DNA of 63,441 nucleotides, counting the filler, from Sphacelaria rigidula (Eukaryota), in the NCBI GenBank assembly GCA_964200075.2. It is 5 parts of 5 records of this genome, joined end to end, with 100 filler letters (N's around TTAATTAATTAA, not from the genome) between each part and the next. Parts side by side here need not be neighbours in the genome. Positions count along the whole stretch, not along the records: positions 38,127 to 50,734 come from CAXNAA020003576.1; positions 50,835 to 63,441 come from CAXNAA020003577.1; 3 more parts are not named here. One strand, given 5' to 3'. Below are positions 39,799-52,241 of this stretch, piece by piece. The notes below the pieces were generated by a model. That model worked only from the letters and a program-made list of their open reading frames with translations. It had not been told where the DNA came from and did no database searches. The translations under genes were made by a program, and so were the position numbers. Within the stretch, counting starts at the first letter, position 1. Every line of letters starts with the position of its first letter.

Positions 39799-42700
39799 AC
39801 CTCGACGACGAGGGCAAACAACGGGGGAGATGGCACGGCCCCTGCCGCTGCCTCCCAAGCCCACGTGAAAGCTGAAGGCGATGAGGGTCGGGGCTCCAAT
39901 GCCAATACCACCACCAAAAACATGGATGATGGTGAAGAGGAAGAGGAAGAGGACGTCATCTATTGTGAAGATTTTCGTGAGGGGAGTGGTATGGAAGATG
40001 ACAATGATGGTGATGACTACGAAGAGGAGGTAGTTGAGGAGCTTTTGATGGCCGGAGGTGGGTTAGGCGTTCGTTTATTTTCACCGCGATGTCAGTCACC
40101 TGATGGATGGACGTGCTTTTGTGTTGCATTATTTTTTTGTAAGAGTCGTTTTTTCCTTATTTGGAGTGCGCATGTTGGAGAAACCTTTGATTACTTTTGT
40201 CGTCAACCCTTTTGGGACCGGGCCTCCAGGACGACCAATTAGGCTGATCAGGAATGACTGGTTTGGCATCTGCACGGAACAGTGGCATGTTGCTGAAAAT
40301 CCGCGTATGTAACCGCAGGGATATGACGAAGACCGAAAGTTTCATCCAATCCATTTTCTCGTGCAGGGTGCGCATTAGGTGGTGTACATCTCACGTAGCA
40401 AGTGGTATGGGTCGTTGTAAAGAGCTTATAGTAAGATACGGCGACCGGCGGGCCGCCCGCCATTCGTGGCTCTGGATGATACTTCTGTCCCCATCACCTT
40501 GCCACACTGCGTTTGGTGGTCGGGATGGGCCGTCATTTCCCCCCTTGTTGTATGCGGCAATTTCTCTTCCGACGGTATCAGCGTTGCGGCACGCATGCAT
40601 ACAACAGTATAGTACAGTACGGTGTAGTACGCCTCTCCAACTGAAGCAGCAGCTGCCGCTGCATACTCCCTTGCACACTCTGGGCAATTCTCAGCTACCG
40701 AAATCAGCTGCCTATATACAGCTTTGTCATCCCCGTCCACAACATAGATGTGGACTGCACACTCCAAGTCATCGGCAGAGGGATAAGCAGAATTAATTGC
40801 GGTAGCTCCTTTTGTCTTCCCACAGCCCACCTGGATTTTGTGCCTCGTGAAAATGACCACTTTGTGGCATGTACACTCCTTGCCTGTTTTTTCCGGTTCA
40901 CCCTGTGTCGGTGAAAATTACTCCAGAAAAACTCGGGAACGGTATACTAAGTGCCAGTAATACCGTCAAAACAAGCTGCCACCACCCTGCAATTGGAAAC
41001 CTGGGGAGGCTTATCTGGGCCAGGGATAGGGCCCCAACAAGATCTTTGCTGTGGCATCACACTCGACAACAATCCCCGCGCTGGTTGTTGGGGTCTGGTC
41101 GATAAATTTCGCCTCCCCGTGATTGGACAGGTCGCTCGGAGACTTATTTTCAATTATTCCACTAACACAGGGTTGGGGGTCCGGTCACCAAAGGATCAAG
41201 AAGCCCTACCAAAAGACGCGAGAGAGAAAAATATGCCTCGCCTCTCTTCGTTGTTTTTTTCGTCGTTTTTCTCATGTTAAGTGTTCAAAAAATACCACAC
41301 GTCGGACACATCATGATCCGTCTGAAATAAGTAATCAAAGAACACTCGCAGATGCGTTGGTCCAAAAACACAAAATATGTGACCGCGGAGTCGGAAAAAG
41401 CCAAAGCGCAACCTTTGCGCTACTGGGCGTGCTCGGCGTCCGGCGCTGTATGGAGCAAATATTGAAAACGGGGCCGACAATCGTCGCAATAGGCCTATAC
41501 CTTACGCAGTATATTTCTCGTCTAATGCAACTATTGACCATATATTGTCCACGGTGTGAAACCTTCTGATGGTTAGGTTGTGGGTTCGAATCTCGGAGTG
41601 ACGACTTTTTTATCTCACAATGCCCAACAGTCGAGCGCGATCATGTGGGTACACAAAATTCGACTTCACGGTCGACGAGGGGAAGGAACTGCTGAACCCC
41701 TGTTGCGATAAAAAAATTAAAGTCAAGCACCTCAGAAGGAAAATGGAGAACTAAAAACAAAGAGCAAAGCATCTACTGTGTTGGCCTCCCTCCTTTCTGT
41801 ACGACCCCGCCCGGCTGGTGCGCCCATCACACATACCGGAAGGTGTAGACCGGCGCTCAGAATGGATGATACGACAATTCACAGCATTAACAACAAGATT
41901 TGCTCATTTCTGTTTCCTTACTTTTGATGATAATATATCCGTAATTTCTTGTTTTTTCGCTGAGTGAAGGCCTTAACGAAGGAGCCGGCGACGCAGTGGA
42001 GGGAGGAGGAGCAGAAGGAGACATACTATCGTCGGCCTCTTCTCTCTCGTCTGTGTCTTCCATAGGTCGGAGCGGAAACAAGGGCAGGCATGACGGGCCT
42101 GCATCATCAGCTGCTACTGCCGCTCGTGATGCTGGGGGGTGTTCTTCCAGTGCAGCTACTCCTAGCCGAGAGAGCGAAGAAGCAGTGAAGGCTATTCCTT
42201 CGCCGGCTGGTGGTAGTGGTGGTGCTGCTTCTGTAACGGAAGATTCTTCGAATATTTCTGCGACCCGGGTAAAAGCTACCGATGCTGCTGCCGTAGCAGT
42301 GAAAGATCCTTCAGATAACTCCGCTGGCAGGGTGACCCCTCCTGACGTTTCTACTGCTGCCGTTACTGCTGCTGCTGCCACTACTTCGGAAGAGCATAGC
42401 CAAAAAACACCAGGTAAGCGGAAACGGATTGAGCAGGATCTGGAAGACAAAGAAGGAGCAGCAGCGGAAGAAAAGGAACGGACGGGCGAAGGAAGCGTTT
42501 CTTCTTCCACCGCTACCGCTGGTACCGCGGGTACTTCCGGCCCGGCAACTTCGAGCGCGCCCAAAGGGAAGCGGAAAGCGTCTCATCGTTCTCCTTCAGC
42601 TTCCAGCCCCGCGGTCGGTGCGAGTTCTGGTGACGGTTCGGTCAAATCCGGCAGTAATCCGGCCAGTAGTAGCGGTAGAAGTCATGCTCCAGGTGGTACT

Positions 42701-42803
42701 CCAGTTGGTGAGGGGGGTGAAACTGATACTCCGGAAGGCAAAAATCGGGCGGAGGATGATGACGGGGACCCGAATATGCGGGACTTGAATCACGGGACCG
42801 GAG
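39609..42803 (+). CDS. Two internal exons (39609-40057, 41970-42803) of an uncharacterised low-complexity protein (poly-N, acidic, S/A/G-rich, KRKR NLS-like)
   Basis: CAG acceptor, open frames, GT donor at 40058 (phase 1) compatible with the AG at 41968-41969, and GTGAGT donor at 42804. Confidence 0.7.
41040..41190 (+). pseudogene. hAT transposase C-terminal dimerisation-domain remnant in an intron
   Basis: DNNPRAGCWGLVDKFRLPVIGQVARRL followed by frameshifted FSIIP resembles P..WW.....P.L..VARR.LSIP. Confidence 0.45.
41560..41895 (+). mobile_element. tRNA-derived SINE family 1
   Basis: B box GGTTCGAATCTC at ~41584, conserved body and tail. Confidence 0.85.
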
Positions 42804-43048
42804 GTGAGTGAATATTTTCAAGTGATCTCGGGAGACTCCGACCGTAGCGGTAAGAATGTATCGATTGCCGAATTTTTAGCTGATTTCGCAGGGATCCAGC
42901 TGTGTTCACATGAAAGACGTATCCGATATGAAAACAAAATGGATGCGTGTGCAAGCCCGAGACATTGATTGTAAGGAAACTGACTCTACGAAGAAGGAAA
43001 TGAGAAAGACGGAGGAAAAAATCCAGGAATAAAAGAAAACAAGGCTGA

Positions 43049-43489
43049 GGCCAACTCTAATGGGAGCCGTTGAAAATCCCTGTCGAAAACTGCCTTTTGG
43101 GCCCTTCACCGTCGATCTACGCCCGAAAAGAGGGCTAAGCGGATGTTGACGCCTTGGAATGACTTGCTCTACTCGTTGAAACCGTTCTAGGGCAACTTCG
43201 CTTTTCCCGCTGGCCGCACTTTTGGTTTTGGCCAAATGAGGCCAAACACGGATTTTCAGTAAAAAACGGTCAGGTGATAAAAATTTCCGCCCGTTTTTTT
43301 ATCGCTTGACCGCTTCTTGTTAAAAATCCGTGTTTGTTTCAAAATGAAAGTGCGACCAGCGGAAAATGCAAAATTGCCCTACAACGGCGTCAATATCGTC
43401 TAGCCCTCTTTTCAGGCGTGAAGCGACGGAGAATAGCCAAAAAGGCAGTTTTAAACAGGAAGTTTGAACGGCTCCCATTAGAGTCGATC
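43049..43489. mobile_element. Tourist-like (PIF/Harbinger) MITE
   Basis: TIRs GGCCAACTCTAATGGGAGCCGTT / AACGGCTCCCATTAGAGTCGATC with a 3-bp TGA duplication on both sides. Confidence 0.85.
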
Positions 43490-44519
43490 TGAGTCCATGG
43501 AAATCACTTGGAAAAAAAATGAACGCGCGCGAGACAAGACAAGAACCAGAATAAAATAACACACGCTGGATGATGACAACATAATACATGACTCCAAAGT
43601 GTACTGCGTACAGTATCGACTATTGCGTCCATTGCAATACGCAATAGTTTCCATACTGTATGCAGTGCACTTTTTGACAATGGAATCTATTGTCCAGGGT
43701 GTGAAAAATAACGAGGGGAGAAGATCGATTGAAAAGCCGACGAAAATGTTGATCTATTAATGGTGCCGGTATCGTTCCCGATGTCTTGACCCGGAAGTTC
43801 TGGTACTGTCGTTGAGGGGACGTTGCCCCCCTTACCAGCTAGCTTTGCGTGGGGTCCTTGGCAGAACCCGCAGTGTGCGGCGAAGGAGCTTAACGTCGAA
43901 CTGCTGCGCGAGTTAGGGCGGGAATGTTTGACGCGGTACCCTTCGTCCAAGAAGTAGTCCATTTGAGTCTCATATATATGCCAATGCACGATTATTTTTC
44001 TTCGTTCCTTTTCAGTACGGCTGCTGCCATTGTTGAAATGAACTGATTGCGAAAAGAGCGTATACCCATTCATAGCCCCCCTTCCGCGCTAGATTCGACG
44101 TTAAGCTAGATGCTGTTAGACGGGTGGACGCTAGATTCGACAAACTGGAACATGTGCGAAGCGGTGCAAGAAATCATGACGTTTAGGGTGCGTTATTCAC
44201 AGATTTTCTTTGCAGATGAACTCTACGACTCTTTGGGCGGGGGACAAAATTCTTTGCCGAAAACTGCGAGATAATTTTCCTTCACCAGGTCAGGCAAGAA
44301 ATTGATGTAAGTTTGAAGATTGATCATGGAATACTCGCAACAATTCGCGTCAGATTTTCTTCAGCATTGCTCTCTTTGTTTGGAGAAGTCGGGGGGAAAC
44401 GTGCACGGTTTGTACGGACCAGAGTTCATAGAGGTTGACTCCCCCATGAACATTTAGTGCGAATCATGCACGGAAGAATCATCCGGTATGAATCTCGGAC
44501 GGTGAAGTTGCACGTTCAA

Positions 44520-44800
44520 GGTCATACCGGACGAATCACGAACTGGGAATGTGTACATTCCAAGTAGTGTCGGACAAATCAAGAGTGCAAAATATGTACG
44601 GATCACAATTCCTGTATAAATGATTGGCGGGAAACATGTACGTACGATTCATGCTGCATGAATAAAAATTGGGAAACATGTGCGGCTGATCCACTTCATG
44701 TGTACGGAAGGTGGAAAGCATGTACCCATGACTCATGCTCACGAACGCAACGTGGAAAACATGTGCATGAATCACGTCATTCGTGCTGCATCCATGAATA
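44520..44800. repeat. Degenerate ~40-bp repeat element (GATTCATGCTGCATGAAT..GGAAACATG); related pieces at 46602-46755 and 47300-47520
   Basis: Recurring motif and a shared block CTGGGAATGTGTACA.TCCAAGTAGTGTC at ~44543 and ~47384. Confidence 0.6.
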
Positions 44801-45519
44801 AAAGGCGGAAAACACAGCATCAATGGAAGGTTTCGTAATCCTGTTGTATGCTGTCCGCTGCGCAGAGTATACGTTCATGGGCGCGCCTGACCCCCCAACA
44901 CGGGCGAAAAAGGTGTCACCGACCAAGAACACGAACAGACTGCAGATCTTGTTCATCCCCTGATGATGCACGCCGTAAGATCACCCAAAGTACTTGCGAT
45001 GTGTGTGGGGTTCCAAATCACGGTTTCCCATTCTTCTCACCCCAGACTACGAAGCACCGCGTTGCTCGGCTATTCACCGGCGTGCATTTGTGTAAGCTAC
45101 AACCCCTAGTCATCGTTTCGCGGAAGAAGTTGTGGTGGTCGAGAAAATCGCAAAAAAAACATGCTTGTTCCACTTCATTCGTTATAAAACTCGGATCCTG
45201 GTGAGATATATATTTTTTCCATGCACCCAAGTTGTAACTGTGGTTTTGGCTCAGAGGAATAAAAAAATCGTATCCCAGACGATAGCCTTGGCGATGAGTA
45301 CTGTGGGAAACGGTTTGGGCTTTCAGCGCAAACAAGTGCCTCCAACCCTCTCGCCAGTTTTCACGACACGCGAAAACGTCACCCCTGTCCAACGGTCTCG
45401 AAATGGATGACACCCATGAATACTCTTGACAGTGGTATAAACGACAGTGGCAACATCATATGTGTGGAATCTTCGACAGGTGTGGAATTTGAACCTTCGA
45501 CCGACCCCCGTAAGCTGTG

Positions 45520-45594
45520 CTCCGTCTCGAAAGGGATGCGTGGTCGATGGTCAAATGACTAAGGCAAGCAACAAATGAGTACGCCCCCCCCCCC
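45520..45594 (+). mobile_element. ~65-nt LINE-tail retroposon with poly(C) tail and 15-bp TSD
   Basis: CTCCGTCTCGAAAGGG...AAATGAGTACG-C11, flanked by CCCCCGTAAGCTGTG at 45505-45519 and 45590-45604. Confidence 0.85.
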
Positions 45595-46195
45595 GTAAGC
45601 TGTGTCTGCGAGATGTTTACCCCCTTCTGCGCATCGCTCGTGTCGGTGGCAAGAGTAACGCTCGTTCTCCGACACCCAGTTCAATCACCACGCCATCATC
45701 GATAGCGTAGCGTAATATCCAATCTCACCTGGCGGTAAGAAAGGGCAAACTGAAGGAGAAAAAGAAGCCACAGAGCGAGCTGGTGAGCGAGCTGGTAAGA
45801 CGAAAAATCTGGAAGAGAGGGCACCAGCAGTATCTTGAACGTAACGGCCATACACTCCAACAGCCGACAATTAATGAGTAGCACGAAAGGACGCAAGGAT
45901 CTCCGCGACCTTGCAACAGCGAAGTAAACGAGCTATAACCTAACCCTTAACACTACGAAGGCATACCGAGGACCCTCCGGCAAGGGGGGTGCAAAATATT
46001 TCCTAGGCGAATTGTGCGTTGCGAGACCTTGAATCGGCGCCCCATGCGCCGATTCCGACAAAAACGCGTTCTGCGCACGCCACGAGCACGCTAGGATCAC
46101 AGCGCCCATTAATGATCCGGATTTCGGTATTCACACGAAAGTCGAGTTGAAGTAACTCACACTCGCAAGTGACAAACAATATGGGACGGCACGTA

Positions 46196-46599
46196 CTTCC
46201 TCTGTCCCATATGTAAACTTCGTTATGGGGGATAGGCCGTACCTCGCCAACGGAGGTGCTCACGATGTTATAGTTGGGTTTGTTAAAAATATATGGTTGT
46301 GGATATGACCACTGGATAAAACGAAAACAAAATAATCGACCTACAACCTTATAATCGTTGGGTCAATCATGGACAAATTTTGACAAAATTTTGCCAATCG
46401 GTACATCGTCGCCCGAATGTACAGATGTTTGAACCAACGATTCTCAAGTTGTAGGTCGGTTATTTTGTTTCTGTTTCTTCCAGTGGCCATCTCCATAACT
46501 ATGTATGTTCAACGAACCTCACCATGACATTGTGAGCACCTTCGTTTACGAGGTACGGCCTATCCCACATAACGAGCCTTACTTGTGGGACAGAGGAAG
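46196..46599. mobile_element. Stowaway-like (Tc1/mariner) fold-back MITE
   Basis: TA-CTTCCTCTGTCCCA ... TGGGACAGAGGAAG-TA, ~170-bp inverted arms, TA TSD. Confidence 0.9.
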
Positions 46600-47000
46600 T
46601 ATGAAGGGAAGGTGGGGAATATGTACGCACGATTCATGCTGCGTGATTGAAGAAGAGGAAACATTTACGCTTGATTCACCTCGCATGAATGGAAAGTGGG
46701 GAACATGCGCCTATGATTCATGCTGCATGAATTGAAATTAGGAAACATGTGTTGAAGTAGCTGTGGTGGTTCATGAATGTGGAACACGGCTTTCCAGTCT
46801 CAGACGCTGGAGTAATTGATAACTTAGACAGCAGTCGAGCGTGTCCCGATGATGAAGATGGTTGAATCGCTTTAGTATTAATATCGAAGTAACTTCATGA
46901 TCCCCAGTCACTCTCAATCTCTAGCTCATGCAAGGATATATGTGGACGGCAATAATTTGCCCGTCAGAGGGAAGTTGGAAGGAAGTGAGCGGAGAGGGAA

Positions 47001-47077
47001 GGGGGGGGGGGGCGTACTCATTTGTTGCTTGCCTTAGTCGTTTGACCATTGACCACGCATCCCTTTCGAGACGGAGC
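47001..47077 (-). mobile_element. ~65-nt LINE-tail retroposon with poly(C) tail in a C-run
   Basis: Reverse copy of 45520, with AA-G(n) on both flanks (TSD CnTT on the minus strand). Confidence 0.85.
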
Positions 47078-48035
47078 AAGGGGGGGGGGGGGGTGATCTT
47101 CCTGTCCAGCTCTTTCTATCTCTCGAAGTCTAGACAGCGCTATGGAAATTACCCGCAGTTATCACCCGCACTATCACCTGACTATTCTCGAAGTCTCTTT
47201 CTCGAACGCTTCTATCTTCTGGAACGCACTTCACAAAACATTATTTTCTACTTGCGAGTCTACCCAGTTGGCAGAGTATAGGATACACTCCGTATTCCTT
47301 AACAACATGTGCCTATGATTCATACCACACCAATGAAAGGTAGGGAAAGTGTACCTTCGACGGTGTATCGCACGAACCACCAACTGGGAATGTGTACACT
47401 CCAAGTAGTGTCATACGAATCACGAACCCAAAAGACGTACTAATCACAACTTGTGCACCAATCATGATTGATTCGTCCAAGTGTTGGATATGAGTCGAAT
47501 CACGATTTCATTCGTCCGAACCGTGAAAAAATTCCAGGGTATGTTGAGTAAGGTAAATACCCGGGTAATTACTATCTTGAATTTCGTCTTGCGATGGTCT
47601 GATCTCTAACCTTTACCCAAATATTTGGGTAAGGTTGGGTACGATTGCAATGCTGTGCCCCATTATCTGAGTCTTGCTGAGTACGATCTCAATACTATAC
47701 CCGAGGTTTGGGTACTTGGAGCACGAGTTTCAAGTACCTGAAGAGTAGGAAATACCGTACCCAACACACCCGTAGACAATTCCCCTCTTTCCGCAAAAGT
47801 TGAAGAAAATATGACGAAAACAGTCCCGTTAGCACTTCCAGTCAGTCGGGATGCAGGCGCGGAAGCGGGCGCCGCGGCTTTTTGTTTGCCATTGCCACCC
47901 GCCCCCGCCGAAGCTCCTCCTGTCGACGGCATGTCGGTCAGAGCCGTGAGGTGTAACTGCAAATGAAAACCTTCAAAAAACACTCGGGACGCACGAGCTA
48001 CGGCAGCGATTCGAGACGTTGTAACTCGCTGATAT

Positions 48036-48332
48036 GGGGAGGGTTCTCATGATCTGACATGTCGTGGTTTCAACATCATTGACCTCGCATCCCTACAAAG
48101 CCGGGACAAAGCACGCCGGGTTTTCGCCGGACCAGGCTCGCAATCAGTCTCCAAGCGCGAAGCGCCTTGGTATGTTCTGCGAGTCACATGAAGGGTGAGC
48201 TGCATCCTGCTACGATTATTCGGCCCGAAGCATACTGATTATCTTGCATTCGGACGACAGCCTATAATGAGTTTTATTTATTCTGTGGTATCGCCACTTC
48301 CGGAGAGCCACGGGTTGCACACTGCCTCATGA
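48036..48332 (-). mobile_element. LINE 3' fragment (related longer family)
   Basis: Colinear with 53596-53877 and 25607-25862. G-rich run at the 3' end. Confidence 0.75.
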
Positions 48333-49192
48333 ATATGGTGAAACATGACGTAGTACGATCATCCCCGTTGCGCGGAGTTGGGGTTCTTCACCCCGCACCA
48401 TATGATCTAGCTCGGGCACCATCATGATTACAGCAAAAAATGAAGAAGATAAAACATGCCAAAAAAAAAACGGTACCCTGGTTGCCTAGCTTGAGCAGTA
48501 AGTGGCGTGTTGTACAGCGTCGTTGCCAACCGGCACCAACTCTCGAAAGGGGAGAAATGTCGGAACTAGGTACGGACGCAGCCAACCGGTATACTGGATC
48601 CTGACAAATACCTTGGCTCCGCAGCGGCGAAGCTTTGCTGGAGGCGCTTTTTCATACGATTTGGCTTGACTTGACTAAACGAATGCGATTCGGCTTCACG
48701 TGCAGCGCAATTAGATGGGTTTCCTTTGATTGATGAGGCGGTACAGTGATTGGGTATGAGAGTGGTTTCTTCGCAAGACCTTGTCATCCGGAGCCGTGTG
48801 ACAGAGGCCGGCTGTTTCTATTTGTCGCATGTCTTTTTCAGTTGCTTTTTTTTCGTCGTCTACTCCGTTTGTCTTCCACCTTTTTTTGTTTATTTTCTTC
48901 ACCTTTCTTACGTGAGTGTTTCAGTTTTATTTTGTCTCGGGTACGTCTATCATGTGACCACGGCTGGATCATGACTACCTGGGGCATCAATTGGGGTGCG
49001 ATGATGAAATCAAATCAAACATAGTGGGGCGCACGTAAATAGGAAAGTACTGGCAGTACTGGCTGCTATTCTACCAGTATCATGTCATTGGTGGTACCAG
49101 TAGTACTGTATTGCCAGTGGATGCGGATCCTGTACCCAGCCCTATAAAGTTGGAACAACTTGGACGATAGATTACATAGTCAAAAGGCGTAT

Positions 49193-49470
49193 TGTGTGTG
49201 TGTGTGTTGTCCTCTCATCTATTCTGGACGCCAGTCTACACCTTTCGGTATACAGTATGTGGGCGCACCAGCCGAGGTCACACAGGAGGGAGATCAACAC
49301 AGGAGTTTTTCTTCATTTATTTGTTTTAATTCTCCACCTTCGCTCTGTGGTGCCCGCCTCATTTTTTCATCGGGAAATGGGTTCAGCGGTCCCTTCCCCT
49401 CGTCGACCGTGAAGTCGAATTTTGTGTACACACGACATAATCTCTCTCCACTGTTGGGCATTGTGTGAGA
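49193..49470 (-). mobile_element. tRNA-derived SINE family 1, 5'-truncated
   Basis: (TG)n tail followed by the conserved body GACCGTGAAGTCGAATTTTGTGTAC. Confidence 0.85.
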
Positions 49471-50143
49471 AAACAGGATGAAATCTATCGTCTATTGTGG
49501 TGGACACAAAAGCGATCCTGTACGCAGTATTTTTTTTTTAGAATGCTATCCATTTGTCATTGTCCAGGGTGTGGAGTTTTGATCCTGTCCCCCCCCTCTC
49601 GTTTTTCGGTGGTGAAGTTCACGGGCACGGTTACTGCAGATGCGGGTTGCCATCGTAGCAGCACCAGTTTTTTTGTATGCCCGGAAGTCTGCGAAAATCC
49701 CTGGATGCTGACTTGTACTGTGGAAGCAGCAGCAGGAGCAGCAGCACAAGCATTTGGAGTATTATATTGTTTACCGTTACCACCATCATTACCATGGTCA
49801 TTATTATCGTCATCGATCTCGTCATTATTATCCAACATTGTTTTTCTTGTCATCACTGGAGTACCTGATGTGCACGTTGTGCTCAGAAAAGTTAGCTCGG
49901 CCGTCCTCTTGTACACACGAAGAGGGGAAACGAACCCGAGTACGACCGATACCCCCCGTCATCGTCGTTTTTGTGTGATGTATGGAAAAAATGTAGTGGG
50001 CGCTGTAGACTGCCCCCCATAGTTACCAAGGTCAGGTACATGAACGTAGAAGAAACAACGCGTTTTAGGACTGTTGATAGCTGGTTGATGGATCGCGGGT
50101 CTGCGAGTCTGATCGTCGGACTCTGTGATTGTTCCACCTTGGT

Positions 50144-50499
50144 GATGTGTGTGTTGTCGTCCCGTCTATTCTGGACGCCGGTCTACACCTTTCGGTATAT
50201 GTGGGCGCAGCAACCGGGTTCACGCAGGACGAAGGTCAACAAAGGAGTCTTTTATTTTTTTGTTTCGTTTCAGCACTCCACCTTCCTTCTGCGGTGCTTA
50301 CCTTCTATTTTTTCATCACGAGAGGAGTTCAGCTGTCACTTTTCCTATTCGACCGTGAAGTCGAATTTTGTGTACCCACGACATAGTCGCTCTCCACTGT
50401 TGGGCACTAGGAAAAATCCCGGATCGCTCCGAGATTCGAACCAACGATCCAACCGTCCGAAGATGTCTTGGTTACCAACTGAGCCACCGGGGCGATCGG
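50144..50499 (-). mobile_element. Full-length tRNA-derived SINE family 1
   Basis: Minus strand A box TGGCTCAGTTGG, B box GGTTCGAATCTC, body and (CA)n tail. Confidence 0.9.
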
Positions 50500-50734
50500 T
50501 ATTGATGGCATACGATGTTGATTTTCACTCCGTGGGAGAGAGGCTGGGACGCTGTTCTCCGGTATAATACACAGCTAAGGGTTGATATATGAGTATCCAA
50601 GTTGCTGAAATCTGGTCTTGAGGATTGAGTACGCCCCCCCCCCCCCCCCCCCCCCTTTTTCTTCCTCCCCCTTTATTTGATAGACTTCCAGTGTGACTCT
50701 CCTTCTTTTCCCACACGGAGACAAAAACGGAGGT

Positions 50735-50834
50735 NNNNNNNNNNNNNNNNNNNNNNNNNNNNNNNNNNNNNNNNNNNNTTAATTAATTAANNNNNNNNNN
50801 NNNNNNNNNNNNNNNNNNNNNNNNNNNNNNNNNN
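50735..50834. other. Artificial contig spacer
   Basis: N44-TTAATTAATTAA-N44. Confidence 0.99.
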
Positions 50835-51375
50835 ATCTGACTCGAAATTTCGAGCAACAAATGGCCCAAAATACCCCCCCCCCCTATCGTAGGATGACTC
50901 ATATCCAGATTTAGTGCATTTAGTGCGTCTGCTCGAAGTATATTGATTTCGGAATAGAAACTAACGTGCGCCATATCTCGAGACAGATAACGAATTAGGC
51001 AAAAGTGGGGGTATTTATCGTTTTCAACACCAAAAATCGCCCGTCATCCGCTGTATATATCGGTCGGGGTTTCATATAGAATTTAGTATTAATGCTATCT
51101 CCGTACGGTATAGGAATTACTAGACGTGGGATTTAATCAACGAGAAAAAAATGGCCCGGACTCGTGAGCATATGGGCATCTTCCGCCTGATCAGACGACT
51201 ATTAATAACGTTTCGTGAGAATGAGAGTGGAGCGCTGATTGACAGTGGCTCTGATCGCTCGCTTTACCTTGGCCAATTTTTTATTCCGTGTGTGCCTTTC
51301 TTTGCCTCCATCACTTGCGTGAGCTCACATAGCTACACCTCGATATCCTACTAAGGGATATTAAGGGCCTCAAAT

Positions 51376-51814
51376 ACGGGATCTTACAAATTGGGGATGG
51401 ATCTTTTGTTGGGGATGAGAAACCCGGAGAATTAAAATCTTCGTATGCACACCAAATCTTGGAAATATGATTCAATTTCTTCACGTACTGATAGCTTTTG
51501 ACAACTGTTACACGCCATAGAAATTTGGATTGCGATCACCGAAATGTTGGGATCCTAGGTGGAAAAAAACAATTTCGGGGAGTTCCGGGTGTCCAAACGG
51601 ACGCCAAAATGGTTCCGAAATTGGTTTTTGACCTAGGACCCCAACATTTTGGTAATCCAAATCCAAATTTATATGGCGTGTAGCAGTCGTCAATAGCTAC
51701 CAGTAGGTGAAAAATGGGACCATGTTCCAAAGATTAGCTGTGTATACGAAGATTTTATCTCTCCGGATTTCCCATCCCCAATAAAAGATCCATGCCCAAT
51801 TTGAAAGATCCCGT
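51376..51814. mobile_element. Fold-back MITE; partial second copy at ~53370-53920
   Basis: Termini ACGGGATCTT / AAGATCCCGT with ~190-bp inverted arms. Confidence 0.85.
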
Positions 51815-52241
51815 GTTCTCAGTGGCAAGCTACGACAGAAAGCATATTGGGCCTCGTGGAGGGTCATTTCGGAACATAAACGATTTATTCACTAATTGAC
51901 CGGTTTTCACTCTCAGTCGTATCCTCTACTCTCAATTTCACGAAAACACTGTTTAATACGATATGCAGATCACGGCCCAACTCGTCTGTGTCGATGAGTT
52001 ATTGCTTTGAGAGCTTAAATCCGCGTCTAGGCCGGCCCAGCTCGTAGGCCACTTGTGTTTATTGTGAATACTACGTAGTATACACGAGTATATACATGTC
52101 ATTGAAAGCTGCCTTTTAATTCTTCTGCGTCCTTCAACACTCCCTAAGGAGCTGAAGAGGGTTTCGTAGGCGGATTTTGACACTTGGAATGGACTTGCAT
52201 TTATATACGCATCAAAACTGTTCCAGGACACAGTCAACAGT

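Noticed and set aside
49557-49916. Minus-strand exon (acidic/Asn-rich); shares GGNGKQ with 47663..47983
   Set aside because: No partner exon or clear splice support, and the similarity is short and low-complexity.
50420-50499. tRNA gene
   Set aside because: A/B boxes are attached to a repeated body and (CA)n tail, and no full cloverleaf forms. It is a SINE head.
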